A DNA stretch of 64,000 nucleotides from Octopus vulgaris (GCA_951406725.2 OX597825.1:68076001-68140000), one strand, 5' to 3'. Numbered from the stretch's first letter, positions 42,628 through 55,789 are shown. Notes: a model not told the origin generated them from the letters alone. Numbers and translations: made by a program.

Positions 42628-43020
42628 ACTCTTTTACTTGTTTCAGTCATTTGACTGCGGCCATGCTGGAGCACCGCCTTTAGTCGAGAAAGTCGATCCC
42701 AGGACTTATTCTTTGGAAGCCTAGTACTTATTCTATCGGTTGCTTTTGCCGAACCGCTAAGTTACTGGGGCGTAAACACACCACCATTGGTTGTCAAGCG
42801 ATGTTGGGGGAACAAACACAGACACACAAACATATACACACGCATATATATATATATATATATATATATCTATATCTATATATACATATATACATACGAC
42901 GGGCTTCTTTCAGTTTCCGTCTACCAAATCCACTCACAAGGCTTCGGTCGACCCGAGGCTATAGTAGAAGACACTTGCCCAAGGTGCCACACGGCGGGAA
43001 TGAACCCGAAACCATGTGGT
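42628..43020 (-). mobile_element. Family A SINE (5'-truncated)
   Basis: Match to family consensus. Confidence 0.85.
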
Positions 43021-43099
43021 CGGTCCGTGTTTTGTAACTCGATTATTATTGTGACTGTTCGTATTATGTGAGATTGTCCTTTCTTGCAAGGTAAAGAAA

Positions 43100-43680
43100 C
43101 TTTGTTTCAAAACAGGTTCAAAACACAATTTCTTTAATAATTTCACACAATTTATCTCGAATGTACGAGCCATGAATTCATCAAACAATTTTCCTCTATC
43201 CTTTTTTTTCACCAGATATCATTTAACTAATTGGTATTAAATTACAAGCGAAAGTTAATTATTTATAAAGATAAGGTAGAATTATGCAACGTTGTTAATC
43301 TTTGATGCAGTTAGACCATTTATTTTATTGTTGAAGCTCTATTATTCCCTAATAGGAGAGAAATGGTTTCTGTTTTGTTTTGTTTTGTTCTAAGTATGAT
43401 AGAATTTAGGATGTGTATGCAAACTGTACCTAATACGCTTTTAGCGGAGTTAATTAACCTGCATTTAGATGGCTAATAAAATTGCATTTGTGTTCTTTGA
43501 AGGTAATTTAGAGGCTCCGTAAAGCTAAATATTCAACTGTATTCTAGTGTTTGATTAAAAGCAAGCGGTTATGTCTTTGATTTCTTTGATATATTACGAA
43601 TATAAATTTATAATATGGGTTTGTTGTTGGGCAATAGTTTGTGGTATGCATTACTTTCTTTTCCATTGGTATTTTTTGTT
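43100..43680 (-). pseudogene. Penelope-like element reverse transcriptase remnant
   Basis: Broken minus-strand frames ITFKEHKCNF..PSKCRLINSAKSVLGTVCIHILNSII and VKKKDRGKLFDEFM resemble PLE RT motifs as I recall them (ITLKDHKxNF..PKCRLINPAKSE, WxKK..LFDVTMG). Many stops and frameshifts. Confidence 0.6.
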
Positions 43681-43842
43681 AAATCCTTAAAAATGTTTTA
43701 GCCCGAAGGCTGCGGCCATGCTGGGGTACCACCGATGTTAGTTTATCTCCTTTTTCCCGATGACACATGAAAGAATTTCGCATTGATCTTTAGGTGTTGG
43801 TTTAAAGCGCTTTAAAATTCGTGCTTGAAATACACTTCTTCG

Positions 43843-43923
<81 letters not shown>

Positions 43924-43988
43924 ATCAATGCAGCTTCTTACGTGTTCTTAGCGATATCTTTTCCTTCCTTGGACTTTTCTCTTTCTCC

Positions 43989-44024
43989 TTTCCGACGAAG
44001 AGCTGCTATGCTCGAAACGTCAAA
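43989..44024 (+). ncRNA. Minimal type I hammerhead-like motif (U4C variant)
   Basis: TTT-CCGACGA-A-GAGC-tgctat-GCTC-GAAA-CG-TC-AAA; related to the motif at 48751-48785. Confidence 0.5.
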
Positions 44025-44183
44025 CTCTCTCTTTTCATCGACCGTCAAGCTAAAACGTTTCTTGTCTACGTCCTCTTGTTGTCCGTTAATTTAACTCGTT
44101 TATTTGAATTAATTGTTTATTTGAATTGACTACTTACCGCACGCTCACACGAATCCTCCTCCGCCTTCCAACTGATTTGGAGT

Positions 44184-44254
<71 letters not shown>

Positions 44255-44348
44255 GTACTGTTCCGTGATAGAAAATTCAGCAAAAAAAGTACTCCATCTA
44301 GTAAGAGATAAGTATTGTTTATTTAAAGGACACAATACATGTCTTTAA

Positions 44349-44402
44349 GTGCTACTAATAGTTTCATATGTTGAGAAATACTCAAACATATTCTTCAGGC
44401 AC
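44349..44402 (-). ncRNA. Type I hammerhead ribozyme, canonical core
   Basis: Minus strand GTGC-CTGAAGA-ATATG(T)TTGAG-tattt-CTCAACATAT-GAAA-CTATTAG-TA-GCAC: 4-bp stem I, 10-bp stem II with one bulge, stem III and GUA cleavage site. Confidence 0.82.
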
Positions 44403-46401
44403 AAATCACATATCATAACAAACTAAAAAAATTGAATATATATGGAGAGAGAGAGAGAGAGGTTATTGATCAACACAATCCAAGAAACACAGAGTATATA
44501 ACATCATTCATAAGAATATCCCTTTTTTGACGAGCGACCCACGAATGAAAACGGCACGCAAAGCGCAGAAAATAATTAAAAATAAAAGTCAATGTAAGTC
44601 TTCAGAAAACAAATGCCACCAACGCCAAATTGCCGACAAAAAAACAACCCTAATAGTTCAAAAGTGTAACCGTCTTAATTGCGGAACTTGCATCAACCTC
44701 ACGCAACTTAGCAGTCCGGTAAAAGGAGTCAATAAAGTATGTACCGCCAGACTTAAAATAGCACCGTGGTTGATTTGTTTGACTAACCCTACAAAACAGT
44801 GCACCAGCGTGGCCGCAGTCCAATCAGTGAAACTAGTAAAAGAGTAAGAAATATGTATTAGTGTGTTTCCTATTTTTAATTTTTTTCAGCAATATTTCTG
44901 AAATTGGGATAATTTTCAAAATTCAAAAATTGAATTAGAGTTGACATACTAATTTGGTGATCCTTAAATTTAGAAAGTTACTTTCATTTTTATCATTTTA
45001 CATTTAGCACATTTTGCTCAACATATGAATATAAAAAGTCATGTCCCTTGTGCAACACGAAATTTGTTATCAAATGCAGTGGGTGTGGAGAACACTATAT
45101 TGGACACACAGGGTAAAGTCTGAGTCACAGAATGAAGATAGATCGACAACATATACAAGGTAAAGTCTGAGTCACAAAATGAAGATAGACCGACAAGATA
45201 TACGAGACCAAGAACAAGATTAATACCCATGAATAAACATCTAGATCTTTCCCCAACTAAGATTTCAAATACCAAATTTTCCCTTTATAAATGTATCGAG
45301 AACAACTCCGATTAAATAAGAAAATTATGTTTATTAAGAATATATGCCAAAACTAAATACAACGCAATAGAATGAGAAAATACAGTATATTCGACTCAGC
45401 TAAACAACTAATCCCTTCCATTAATAGGCTTAAAGCCTGGAATTTGGGAGGAAGGGGGTAAGTCGGTTACATCGACTCCAGTGCTTGACACTGAAAAATG
45501 AAAGATAAAGTCGACCTCGGCGGAATTTGAACTCAGAACATACAAACGGGTGGAATACTGCTAAGCATTTCTCCCGGCGTACTAACGACTCTGCCAGCTC
45601 ACTGCCTTTAGCTACACAACTAATAACAACAAAAATAACAGCATTAAATCAAAAATTGAGGTAACGGGCTTCCTCTGGGATTCGAACCCCTAACTTCAAA
45701 GCACTGTATAATTACACTTATTCGACACTATTTTCTGATGTCAACCTAGGATTCACCAACCAGATTGTGATTTGTGGTTAAAATCGGACTCTGAGAGAGA
45801 AAAAACAGGTGATGCTGTTAAACATTCAGCCGACCGTGACACCAGAAAAACAAGTGACGTCTTACGTGAGTGAGCCAACCGGAACGCTGGGCTACTGTCA
45901 GACAAAAAAGTGTAACCAGGAAATCAGCCAACCAGAGCTATCTTGACAGAATTATAGTTATCCGGCAAATCAATGCACTGAGCTCTGTTCATTCATTCAA
46001 AGCAACGCAAAAAATACAAAGATCTAAGATGGGTCCCCTAAACCCTCGAGGCCCACGGGAAACTGCTTAGTGTGCTCATGCCTTAGGACAGTATTGACTG
46101 GACCGCTACTGGGCAAAAACAAGTGGCCAAAACAGTTTATATACAAGCTGTAGACCAACCAGAACGCTAATAAGTAATCAGGGCGTATGATAAACAAATG
46201 CACATAGACAATCAGTCAGCTAGAACGCTAGTAAGTAATCAGAGCGTATAACAAACAATAAGTAACCAGAGCGTATGATAAACAAACGACATACTCAGGC
46301 AGTCATTCAACCAGAACGTTAGACCATTGGCAAACAAAAACAGGTGACGTCTTTGAGAAAATATCCAATCAGGACTTGAACCCATGTCTGAAAACTTATA
46401 T

Positions 46402-46583
46402 AGGCGCAGGAGTTGCTGTGTCGAAAGTAGCTTTCTTACCAACCACATGATTTTGGGTTCAGTCCCACTGCGTGGCACCTTGGGCAAGTGTCTTCTACTA
46501 TAGCTTCGGGCCGACCAAAGCATTGTGAGTGGATTTGATAGACGGAAACTGAAAGAAGCCCGTCGTATATATATATATATATC

Positions 46584-46626
<43 letters not shown>

Positions 46627-46842
46627 TGTGTGTCTGTGTTTGTCCCCTCAACATCGTTTGACAACTGATGCTGGTGTGTTCACATTCCCGTAACTTAGCG
46701 GTTCGGCAAAAGAGACCGATAGAATAAGTACCAGGCTTACAAAGAATAAGTCCTGGGGTTGAGTTGCTCGATTAAAGGCGGTGCTCCAGCATGGCTGCAG
46801 TCAAATGACTGAAACAAGTAAAAGAGTAAAAAAGAGAGTAAA
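46402..46842 (+). mobile_element. Family A SINE
   Basis: Complete copy with internal (TA)n and tail. Confidence 0.9.
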
Positions 46843-47648
46843 GATAAAGCAATATCGATTTGAAATATAGTTCAAGTTCCATGAGAAAAATTAACAACAA
46901 ACAATTCTCCTTCATACAGCAAGACTGAGCTTGCGAAATTTTTTCTTATTATTATTCGTGGTTCCGTGAATAGGCTGTGTGGTAAAAAGCTTGCTTCCCA
47001 ATCACATGGTTCCACGTTCCGTCCTACTGCGTGGTACCCTGGGCAAGTACCTCCCATTATAGCCCCGAGCCGACTAAAACCTTTAAGGCGGGGTGATTTG
47101 GAAGACGAAAACATAGCCGCAGTGTAATGACTTAAGGAAATAAAAGGTAAAAGATATCTAATTGCTGACATAATTTATTGCTTTGAAACCTACGCAAATT
47201 TAAAATTTCTCGCACGCAATATTTGCTATGAAATTTATCGAACAATCAAACTTTCATATTTCTTATAGCTGTGAGACTTATTAAACACTTGAACCATGCA
47301 ATTTTGCTATGAAACCTATTGAACTGTTGATTTTGAGCATGTTTTATCCCTATGAAACTGCTTCCTGCGCATTCGCTTACTTTTAAATTTTCATCATTTT
47401 CTGTATTTTTGTATTTGTCATTGAAACCCGTATGATATTTCAATGATTTTTTTTTAAAGCACGACAGCTCATTTTAAGACCTTGGCACATTTTCAACCCC
47501 AAAATCTATTCCCTTTTATTCCTAACTGTGTGCAAATAAACCTCTTATATATATATATAACGGTTGGAGATTTATTGGTAAACAGTATTATTAAATGTTG
47601 ATAGTCAACTGTTGCAACGATAAAATTTTTGTTGTTATTATTGGATAC

Positions 47649-48302
47649 TGTAGGGTGTGAAAGATGAACAATGCATGAAGTTTTAAGGAAATATTTATTT
47701 ACCGTTACGTTACAAATACCTTGCCTCGACGAGCAGGTTTTGATACATCCAAAGGCATGCGAAGTAAAGTTTGAGTTTGGGTTCTCTTCATTGTTTAGTA
47801 GTAATTGCAGAGATAGATAGAATGATGTTGTAAGAGAACAGAATTTGAGTTAGAGAGAATTGTAGGGTCTTGTCTCACAGTTGTTTTCTCCCTCTGACCA
47901 AGGTTTGTCAGCCAAACCTCGTTGAGTCGTCACCGACTGTGACTAACTCCGTTGAGTCGACACGACTGTGACGAACTCCGTTGAGTCGTCACGACTGTGA
48001 CGAACTGATTTTTGCTTGGGGTGTGCTCGCTTATATAAAGATCCAGAAGGATAGATATATCATTGAGAACAAGAGATTTAGTTGGTGGTCTTGTTATCTC
48101 TATTTTAGCTTCTGGTGAAGTAGAAGAGGTTAGAAAGGGTCAAGTGATGAAGCCATTATTTCGGCCCAGCTAAAGGCATCTGGAAGATGTAAAACTGCTG
48201 TCAGAGAAAAACCATTGTTCCATTGTGGAAACAATTCTGTTGCAGTGTTAATTTATATTTGGCTATGGTGGATCGAATCCACTTCATGCGTACAAGATCC
48301 AC

Positions 48303-48306
<4 letters not shown>
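47649..48306 (-). mobile_element. Probable solo LTR with 3 x ~28-bp internal repeats
   Basis: TGTAG...CTACA termini; minus-strand TATATAAG followed downstream by AATAAA; CGTTGAGTCGTCACGACTGTGACGAACTC-like units at 47920-48006. TSD not convincing. Confidence 0.55.
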
Positions 48307-48346
<40 letters not shown>

Positions 48347-48617
48347 TACATACAGATTTGTTAGAACAAGCAGGAGAAATATAACTCAAGTACTCAAATA
48401 AATTTTTTTTTAAAAAGAGAATATATACTCTTTTATTATTTTTAATATTACAAAAGTGATTCAATGGACGAAAGTGTAGTACATAACACTTTTCGTCCTT
48501 GAATCACTTTTGTAACTTTCTGAAAAATGTGTGTGTGTGTGTGTGTATGTATGTGTGCGCGCGCATCTGCATGTGTGTGCTGCATATGTGTGCGTCTGTG
48601 TGTATCAGTGTGCGTGT

Positions 48618-48654
<37 letters not shown>

Positions 48655-48656
<2 letters not shown>

Positions 48657-48832
48657 ATCCAAACATGAAAGCACAAAAAAACACAACAACACGAGGACGT
48701 GGAACAAATATAGTATTATTGGACGCGCAGGAAGGAAGGGAAGAAGGGGGGTTTAACGTTTCGAGCGGAACTCTTCGTCGAAAACATAGGAGAAGGAAAG
48801 ATCCAGAAAAGGGAAGACAGGGGGGGGAAAAT
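48655..48832 (-). mobile_element. Penelope-type terminal repeat fragment in (TA)n, with minimal hammerhead-like motif
   Basis: Minus strand 48785-48751 GTTT-TCGACGA-A-GAG-ttccg-CTC-GAAA-CG-TT-AAAC (degenerate core); flanked by (TA)n on both sides. Confidence 0.5.
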
Positions 48833-49253
48833 CATATATATATATCCATATAGGATCTATATATGAAGACACGCACACGCGTACTCACAGACGCGCACAC
48901 ACAAACACACACACACACACACACGTACACATACACGCGCGTGCACATAAGTTTAATGCTGGTTTTGTTATTGATTTTGTTTTGCTATTTTGGTTGATAC
49001 TTCAGCAGTTTGATTTTAATGTATTTTATTAATTTTTTCTGTTTCGGAAGCGAAGTATTGTCGAAATACGGGTAGCTCGGGTAGCTAAGATAAGAAATAA
49101 GAGGAAATGTGAACTGCAGAGAAAACATGGAGAAACAGGAAAAGAGAGATCGGGAAAAGAAAGACAATGAGGGCGACTGAGAAACGATAAAGTGAAAGAG
49201 TAAGAAAGAGAGAGACAACGATAAAGTATGGCTGGAAGCAAAAGAAGGTAGTG

Positions 49254-49390
49254 CAGCGGTCTCCCAATCGTTTTTGCACCATGGGCTGGTTTCATGCAAG
49301 ACAATTTTTCTACAAACCGGAGGATCATGCGCATAATAAAACGCAACAGAATGCATAACATATCATTTACTTATTACATATATAATACAT
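49254..49390 (+). mobile_element. hAT Charlie/MER1-like MITE left end
   Basis: CAGCGGTCTCCCAATCGTTTTTGCACCATGGGCTGGTTTCATGCAAGACAATTTTTC resembles the MER1-type terminus (recall). Confidence 0.6.
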
Positions 49391-49403
49391 GTATATCAGA
49401 TAT

Positions 49404-49962
49404 CACCTTCACCTTCACCTTGACCGACCAGTCCGTCAGGCGTCCATTTGACACCGCTGGTCACAGCACGCTGTCCACTCCCCTCTGGATCGCGACTTTC
49501 TCATCCACGTGATCCCAATCGTCCTCCTGAAATCGTAACTCCACCGTCGTGGAGGTCTTCCGGGTGATCTTTTTCGCTCTCGCGGGTACTACTCGACAAC
49601 TGCGTGGGTCCACCGATTATCGGTGAGCCGGGCGACGTGTCCAGCCCATCATACTTGCTGCGTGTATACTCTGCGATGACATCTCTCACGCCGGACTTCT
49701 TTCCGATGATCTCACGGATAGTAAGGCCCGGATGGAAGGCGTTTAATGGCATAAGGGATGTGCTCAAGGGAAGGTTGGACAGGACCACCCGCGCCAACCT
49801 CATTAACAGTGCAGTTCTACCTGCAATGTTATATGGTAGTGAAACATGGGTTACCACAAAGAGAGAAGAGCAGAGACTGATAACGGCTCGAAGAGCCATG
49901 GAAAGGTCAATGCTTGGTATCTCGTTGAGAGAGCACATCAGTAGCGAGATCATCAGAAAGAA
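49404..49962 (-). mobile_element. 5'-inverted RTE LINE insertion with TSD
   Basis: The 3' part lies on the minus strand (EIIGKKSGVRDVI...WAGHVARLTDNRWT...RSPGRPPRRW, (TGAAGG)n tail). The upstream part lies on the plus strand (GWKAFNGIRDVL...AVLPAMLYGSETW...EIIRKK). TSD GTATATCA[G/C]ATAT. Confidence 0.88.
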
Positions 49963-50726
49963 GTATATCACATATATAATGCAAAAATACTCTGCAGACA
50001 CCGATTGTCAATAAAATAAGAGATGCAAATTTTAAGTTTATTCTTTCTGTGCGACCCGGTGGTTGGAGAGGTGATGAAGGATGGAGGAAAGTGGGACTAC
50101 AAAAGGAGAGAAATTGAGGATAATGAGGGACGAAGGAAAAAAGGAAATGAAAGACAGATGTGTGAGAGGAAAGGAGAAAAAGATTATAGAAGTAAAAGAG
50201 GAAGATAGAAGTTGAGATCAATAAAGAGGATAAAATTATTGATAAATGCAGATGTAAATGGAGATGGCGGTAAGACGAGGGGAAAATGAAAAGGCGGGTG
50301 GATGAGAAAGAAGGCAAAGACGAAGGAGAAAAAGTAAAATAATGGAGGAAAGAAGGAGAGGAGACACTTAGTGAAAGAGTGTGAATGAATGTGATAGAGA
50401 ATATTCGAACTATAATGTATTTGTATGAGTTGAGGTAATTAATGACTGAACAGTAACGACGAGAGAGTAAAAGGGTGAGTAGACTGAGCGAGGGAGTAAC
50501 GGAGTCGGTGGCAGAGCAGGAGAGACAGATTAGATGATGGTGGAGGCGACGGGAAAGATAGAAAAAGGCGGGACAATGAGTGACAGCGTAGGTACATGAG
50601 AATAAGTATCAGTGTGTGCGTATATGTTTATGTGTATGTATTTGTTTCTGTAAGTATAGGGCCATGAAGGTGGGGTAAAGGAGAAAGAGAGAAGATATAG
50701 TGTATTGACTAAAAGGTTTGAGATAT

Positions 50727-50951
50727 GGCAATCTTTCGTCTCTAGTAGACCTTTCCGTCGATTTCCGTAAAAAAAATTTTTTTTTTACATATGGGCTTGC
50801 GGGAACTTTTGAAGTAATATACATACATATACACATACACCGAGTAAAAAATTTCAGTTATCTCTTTCTTTCACACATTACTCTGTCTCTTCACACACAC
50901 TAACAGAAGCACTTCACTTACACAACATACTGTCTGTCTCCCACACCCCAT

Positions 50952-50997
<46 letters not shown>

Positions 50998-51171
50998 CAT
51001 CAATGCTTCACATGCACGGTAACTTCAAAAGAACTTCGCTCGTCATACAATCGCTTTCTCTTAGTCTCTTTCGCTCTCATTACTTCAAAAGTTCCCGCAA
51101 GCCCATATGTAAAAAAAAAAATTTTTTTTACGGAAATCGACGGAAAGGTCTACTAGAAACGAAAGATTGCC
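50727..51171. mobile_element. Merlin-like MITE (GG termini, long TIRs)
   Basis: GGCAATCTTTCGT...ACGAAAGATTGCC with ~90-bp TIRs; perfect 8-bp TSD TGAGATAT. Confidence 0.85.
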
Positions 51172-52024
51172 TGAGATATTGAAAGTTCCTTTTGGTGATT
51201 AGACCAAGTGCCATCTCTGATTGAGCTGACTTATGACCAATGATGATCCAGTTCTGACCATTTTTTTTTTTTATCACTAAGACAGTATAGTTCGATTTTA
51301 GGGATATTTTGGCTGCTTTTACTTTCATGTCGAGCATCCACATAGAAAGAGCGATATAGGAGAAAGCGATATAGGAGAAAGCGATAACGGAAAAGGGTAA
51401 TGAGACAGAGAGAGAGAGAGAGAGAGAGCACTCTAAATTTATCTTTACACTGAAATATTCATTCATATTTCATTGAAAAAATTAATGTATTCCGAATTGA
51501 TCAGAGTTCACTTCTACTATTACTGAAATGAACTGAAAATGGAGTTGTTCGTTTTGTTTATCAATTAGGTTGGGAAGAGGTAAGCCATTAGCTATGGCGT
51601 GACTTGTCTATATGATGTATATGTTCGAATCGAAATTTTGTAGATCAAAATCTTTAGAAGAAAAAAGAAAAAAATATAAAGTAAAAGACGTGGACAGTGA
51701 GGGTTGCAGGTCAGGAGAGACAAAGGTTACAATAAATATTTAGAGCGTGGTCTGAGACATGAGAAGAGAGGGATAAATCGAGCAGAGAAGTATTATACAC
51801 GACAAAGTTGGGGAAACAGCAGAGGCTGTCGTAATTGCAGTAGAAGATGCAAAAAGAAGTAACTAAAATTTGTTAGTTGAAGATTGCAATGTGTCACATT
51901 TGCAGAAAGCTGTATGTATAGTACATTCTAATAGCAGCTGACGTATGTCGTCTCAGCGTAATTTATCCAGCAATGAACGTTACTGAGAAGGCAATTCGTT
52001 CGTGCGTTTATACTGGTTTTAGCT

Positions 52025-52518
52025 TTAGGGTTTTAGGGTTAGGGTTTTAGAGTTAGTTGTCAGGGTTTTAGAGTTAAGGTTAGGGTTTTAGAGTTAGGAT
52101 TAGGGTTTTAGAGTTAGGGTTAGGGTCAGCGTTTTAGAGTTAGGGTTAGGGTTTTAGAGTTAGGGTAAGGGTCAGGGTTTTAGAATTAGGGTTAGGGTTT
52201 TAGAGTTAGGGTAAGGGTCAGGGTTTTAGAGTTAGGGTTAGGGTTTTAGAGTTAGGGTTAGGGTTTTAGAGTTAGGGTTGGGGTTTTAGAGTTAAGGTTA
52301 GGGTTTTAGAGTTAGAGTTAGGGTTTTAGAGTTAGGGTTAGGGTTTTAGAGTTAGGGTCAGGGTTTTAGAGTTAGGGTAAGGGTCAGGGTTTTAGAGTTA
52401 GGGTTAGGGTTTTAAAGTTAGGGTAAGGGTCAGGGTTTTAGAGTTATGGTTAGGGTTTTAGAGTTAGTGTTGGGGTTTTAGAGTTAGGGTTAGGGTTAGA
52501 GCTGGGGTTTTAGGGTTG
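52025..52518 (+). repeat. Interstitial telomere-like array, 20/26-bp higher-order unit
   Basis: GGGTTTTAGAGTTAGGGTTA units with GGGTAAGGGTCA variants; continuous with the MITE body to the right. Confidence 0.9.
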
Positions 52519-52519
52519 G

Positions 52520-52990
52520 AGTTACGGAAAAAGGAGGGAAAATGAAGAAATTGGAGGGGGAGGGAACAAAAAAGTCTTTCCGAAAATAGTAGCTGAAAAA
52601 ACAGGAAAAAAATAAAAGTAGTAGAAATGCACGAACGATTGTGGTGGTGCCATGAAGTAAACATGCTTCAGATACACTCGTTTATTCATACAAACGTAAC
52701 TGAGATGAAATATGTCATAAATAACAGTGACAAACGAAATATACACCACCGGAAGTTGTTGACAAACAACAGCAGTAATTTTATTCAGCTGAATACACAT
52801 CATTGATTGGTTGAAATTACCGAAATACGACAACTTTAACACGAAATAACTTTGAAAATACAAACTTTTCTCAACAACACTAAGAGTAAAAGATGTTTTA
52901 TATGACACATTCTTCCAGTGTCCGAAGTTTGAAAGTGTTTAGTTACAAAAAATGAATTTCTCGATCTGCCGTTCAAAGGATAAGGATTCC
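52520..52990. mobile_element. Right arm of a Merlin-like MITE
   Basis: Ends GCCGTTCAAAGGATAAGGATTCC; homologous to 37150-37564. Confidence 0.7.
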
Positions 52991-53335
52991 TGATATTTGC
53001 CACTTCGATGACTGCTTGTCTAAATGGTTTGTGTTGTATTGCAGCAGCTGTTTCCCTCATAAAGTTGAGTAACCACTCGAGCCTTACAAAGAATCGGTAT
53101 CTGATCGGAGCTGAAATATTGTCTGGTCCTGGGGATTTAACAATGATATTAAATATGTGACGTCGACCATTGGAGATAATCTCAAAGGGAATCTCTACGT
53201 AGTCGCCCGAGTTAACGTGCAGATTACGTAAGAAAGTGAAAGTAAATTGTCCTAAAAAGTAATGAAAATAAATTGCAATAGAAAACTGGAGTGACGAAAG
53301 TGACATCCCATAATTCCGTGTAAACAATGATACTC

Positions 53336-53539
53336 TCCTTTACTTGTTTCAGTCATTTTACTGCGGCCATGCTGAAGCACCGCCTTTAGTCGAGCAAATA
53401 GACCCCAGGACTTATTCTTTGGAAGCCTAGTACTGATTCTATCGGACTCTTTTGCCGAACCGCTAAGTTACGGGGACGTAAAGACACCAGCTTCGGTTGT
53501 CAAGCGATGTTGTGGGGACAAACACAGACACACAAACAT

Positions 53540-53610
<71 letters not shown>

Positions 53611-54312
53611 TAAATGAAATAAAACATATGCATATATATAAACATATATGTACGTACCTACCTCTACATGTACATATACACGCATATATGAGTACAGGAC
53701 ACCAATGGGACGTCGAACACAAAGAGAAACGAAAACATAGATACAAACCAAAGGAACTGGACATTTTTTTAAAAACAACAAAAAATGGAGTACAGGACAA
53801 TTAACACAACGAAAATACCCCTTCTTCAGTCGCTAAGGTTTCATCTACTCTACGTTTCGAAGGATAAAAGCGAGACGTATCTTCGACAAGAAACTTTCCT
53901 TCCTGCGAAAAGCAAATCAATTAAAATTCTGAGATCTTTTCGCAGAGGGATAAAAAATGGTAAAAAAACAGGACAGTAACGACAGTACAAAAATATAAAC
54001 AGTAAAAAAATAAACAGTAAAAAAATATAAACAGTAAAAAAATATAACAGTAAAAGACAGGACAGGGAAAAACAAGATAAGAAGGGCTGTTGACGCCGAA
54101 CGAAAAAAGTATTGCAAACGCAGAATTTTTTGTGAACGACAGGAGAGCACGACGGGCTCCCTTCAGTTTCCGTCTGCCAAATCCACTCATAAGGCTTTGG
54201 TCGGCCCGAGGCTATAGTAGAAAACACTTGCCCAAGGTGCCACGCAGTGGGACTGAACCCAGAACCATGTGGTTGATAAGCAAGCTACTTACCACACACC
54301 CACTCCTGCGCC
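53336..54312 (-). mobile_element. Family A SINE split by a ~0.5-kb insertion at its internal microsatellite
   Basis: SINE 3' half at 53336-53540 and 5' half at 54150-54312; unrelated sequence between them. Confidence 0.8.
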
Positions 54313-54491
54313 TATGTATAAAACCAATGTATAAAACGTACATTGGATCAGTGTTTCTAGTACTTCCGCTGCTACTTCTGAAACACTTAAAATATTACTA
54401 AGAACGTACATATACATGTAGTTGCCTGCAGTCGTGGCATAATGATGGAGTTCTTTATGTTCTTTTCATCTTTTATTTATGAAATTTAGGG

Positions 54492-55076
54492 ATGTCCCTC
54501 CTTTAAGAAACAGATTGGGTTTATTTACATTTGCGAAGAAAAGAAGATACCCTTCTCCCACCCCTAACCCTAACCCTAACTCTAACTCTAAATCTAAAAT
54601 AGATTGAAATGCAATAGATCGATACTAGGGTTATAATTATGGGTGACAATTTCATACGACACCGCTACGAAAAATGGGATTTTTTCTAGCGGTGTCAAAT
54701 GAAAATGTAACCCATAATTATAACCCTAGTATCGATCTATTGCATTTCAATCTATTTTAGATTTAGGGTTAGGGTTAGGGTGGGAGAAGGGTATCTTTTT
54801 TCTTCGCAAATGTAAATAAACCCAATCTGTTTCTTAAACGAGGGACATATTCATACAGCACGGAATGTTTTCACCCCAAATGGAGGTCAGTGATTGGTTA
54901 AAATTGCCGAAATGCTCGAAATTTCAGACGAAATATCTTACAAACTATAGGATTTTCTCAATAAAGCCAAGAAAAAAATGATGTTTTATTAACACATTCT
55001 ACCAGTATACGAAGTTTAAAAGTGTTTAGTTAACTAGAAATTGTGTTGACATGTGCCGTTCAAAAGGAAAAGATCC
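54492..55076. mobile_element. Palindromic Merlin-like MITE with TTAGGG units, left arm truncated
   Basis: Palindrome centred near 54678; right terminus GCCGTTCAAAAGGAAAAGATCC. Confidence 0.8.
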
Positions 55077-55745
55077 CAGCACGGTTCCCCTAACGGCTGT
55101 TTTTACATCTCTATACCCAACTCGGAGATGGATGAAGATTCAACGCGGCCATAAATAATTGCAGCGATGTGAAAAACCAGCTTAATCCTCAATTATCTAA
55201 GATCTCCAGCACCTGCAAAACACGATGCTCATATAAGACTGACTCTGTATTTCATGAAGCCTCGTAAAAAAAAACTAGTAATAAATTATGTATAAATAAC
55301 TGACAGTAAGTCTTTGTCATAACTAACGCTACAATCCTTTATTATGCCCTAACCTCTTTATCTATGGCATAAAAGAAGGTTGTGTGTGTGAATGACATCG
55401 TCCACCAATAACGAAAGATTGCAGTCTACATTATTCAAAATTTCCTTTAATAGTTTTTTTTTTTTTTTTTTTTTTTTTTTTAGTTTTAGATGGTAGAGTG
55501 AGGTATGAGTGAGATTTTGCTGTTATTTCTAGCAGGTCGAACGACTACGTAGAGTCTCCCTCGTTAACTCGAATATACTGGAGTGTGATTTTATTTCTCT
55601 CCTATCAAAATAAAAAAAAAAGGAAACAGAAAGAACGAGCCCCGGGTCTGGTATTGGATGAAAAAAATAAATCAATATTGTTGAAACGAACTAAAATTAA
55701 GTGAAATAGGGATTACGTTCACGTCAAAATCTTAAAAGGGATACA

Positions 55746-55747
<2 letters not shown>

Positions 55748-55783
<36 letters not shown>

Positions 55784-55789
55784 TGATGA

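Noticed and set aside
52025-52518. True telomere or fusion site
   Set aside because: Degenerate higher-order units in one orientation, internal to the window and continuous with a MITE arm.
52836-53327. 163-aa ORF containing KSPGPDNIS
   Set aside because: Chimeric frame crossing a MITE end; the motif is a short LINE RT-upstream remnant, not a gene.
53810-53950. Hammerhead-like pieces (minus-strand GAAACGTA and CTGAAGAAG), with similar weak cases near 33345 and 38545
   Set aside because: Core boxes are in the wrong order or lack pairing stems; at most decayed remnants.
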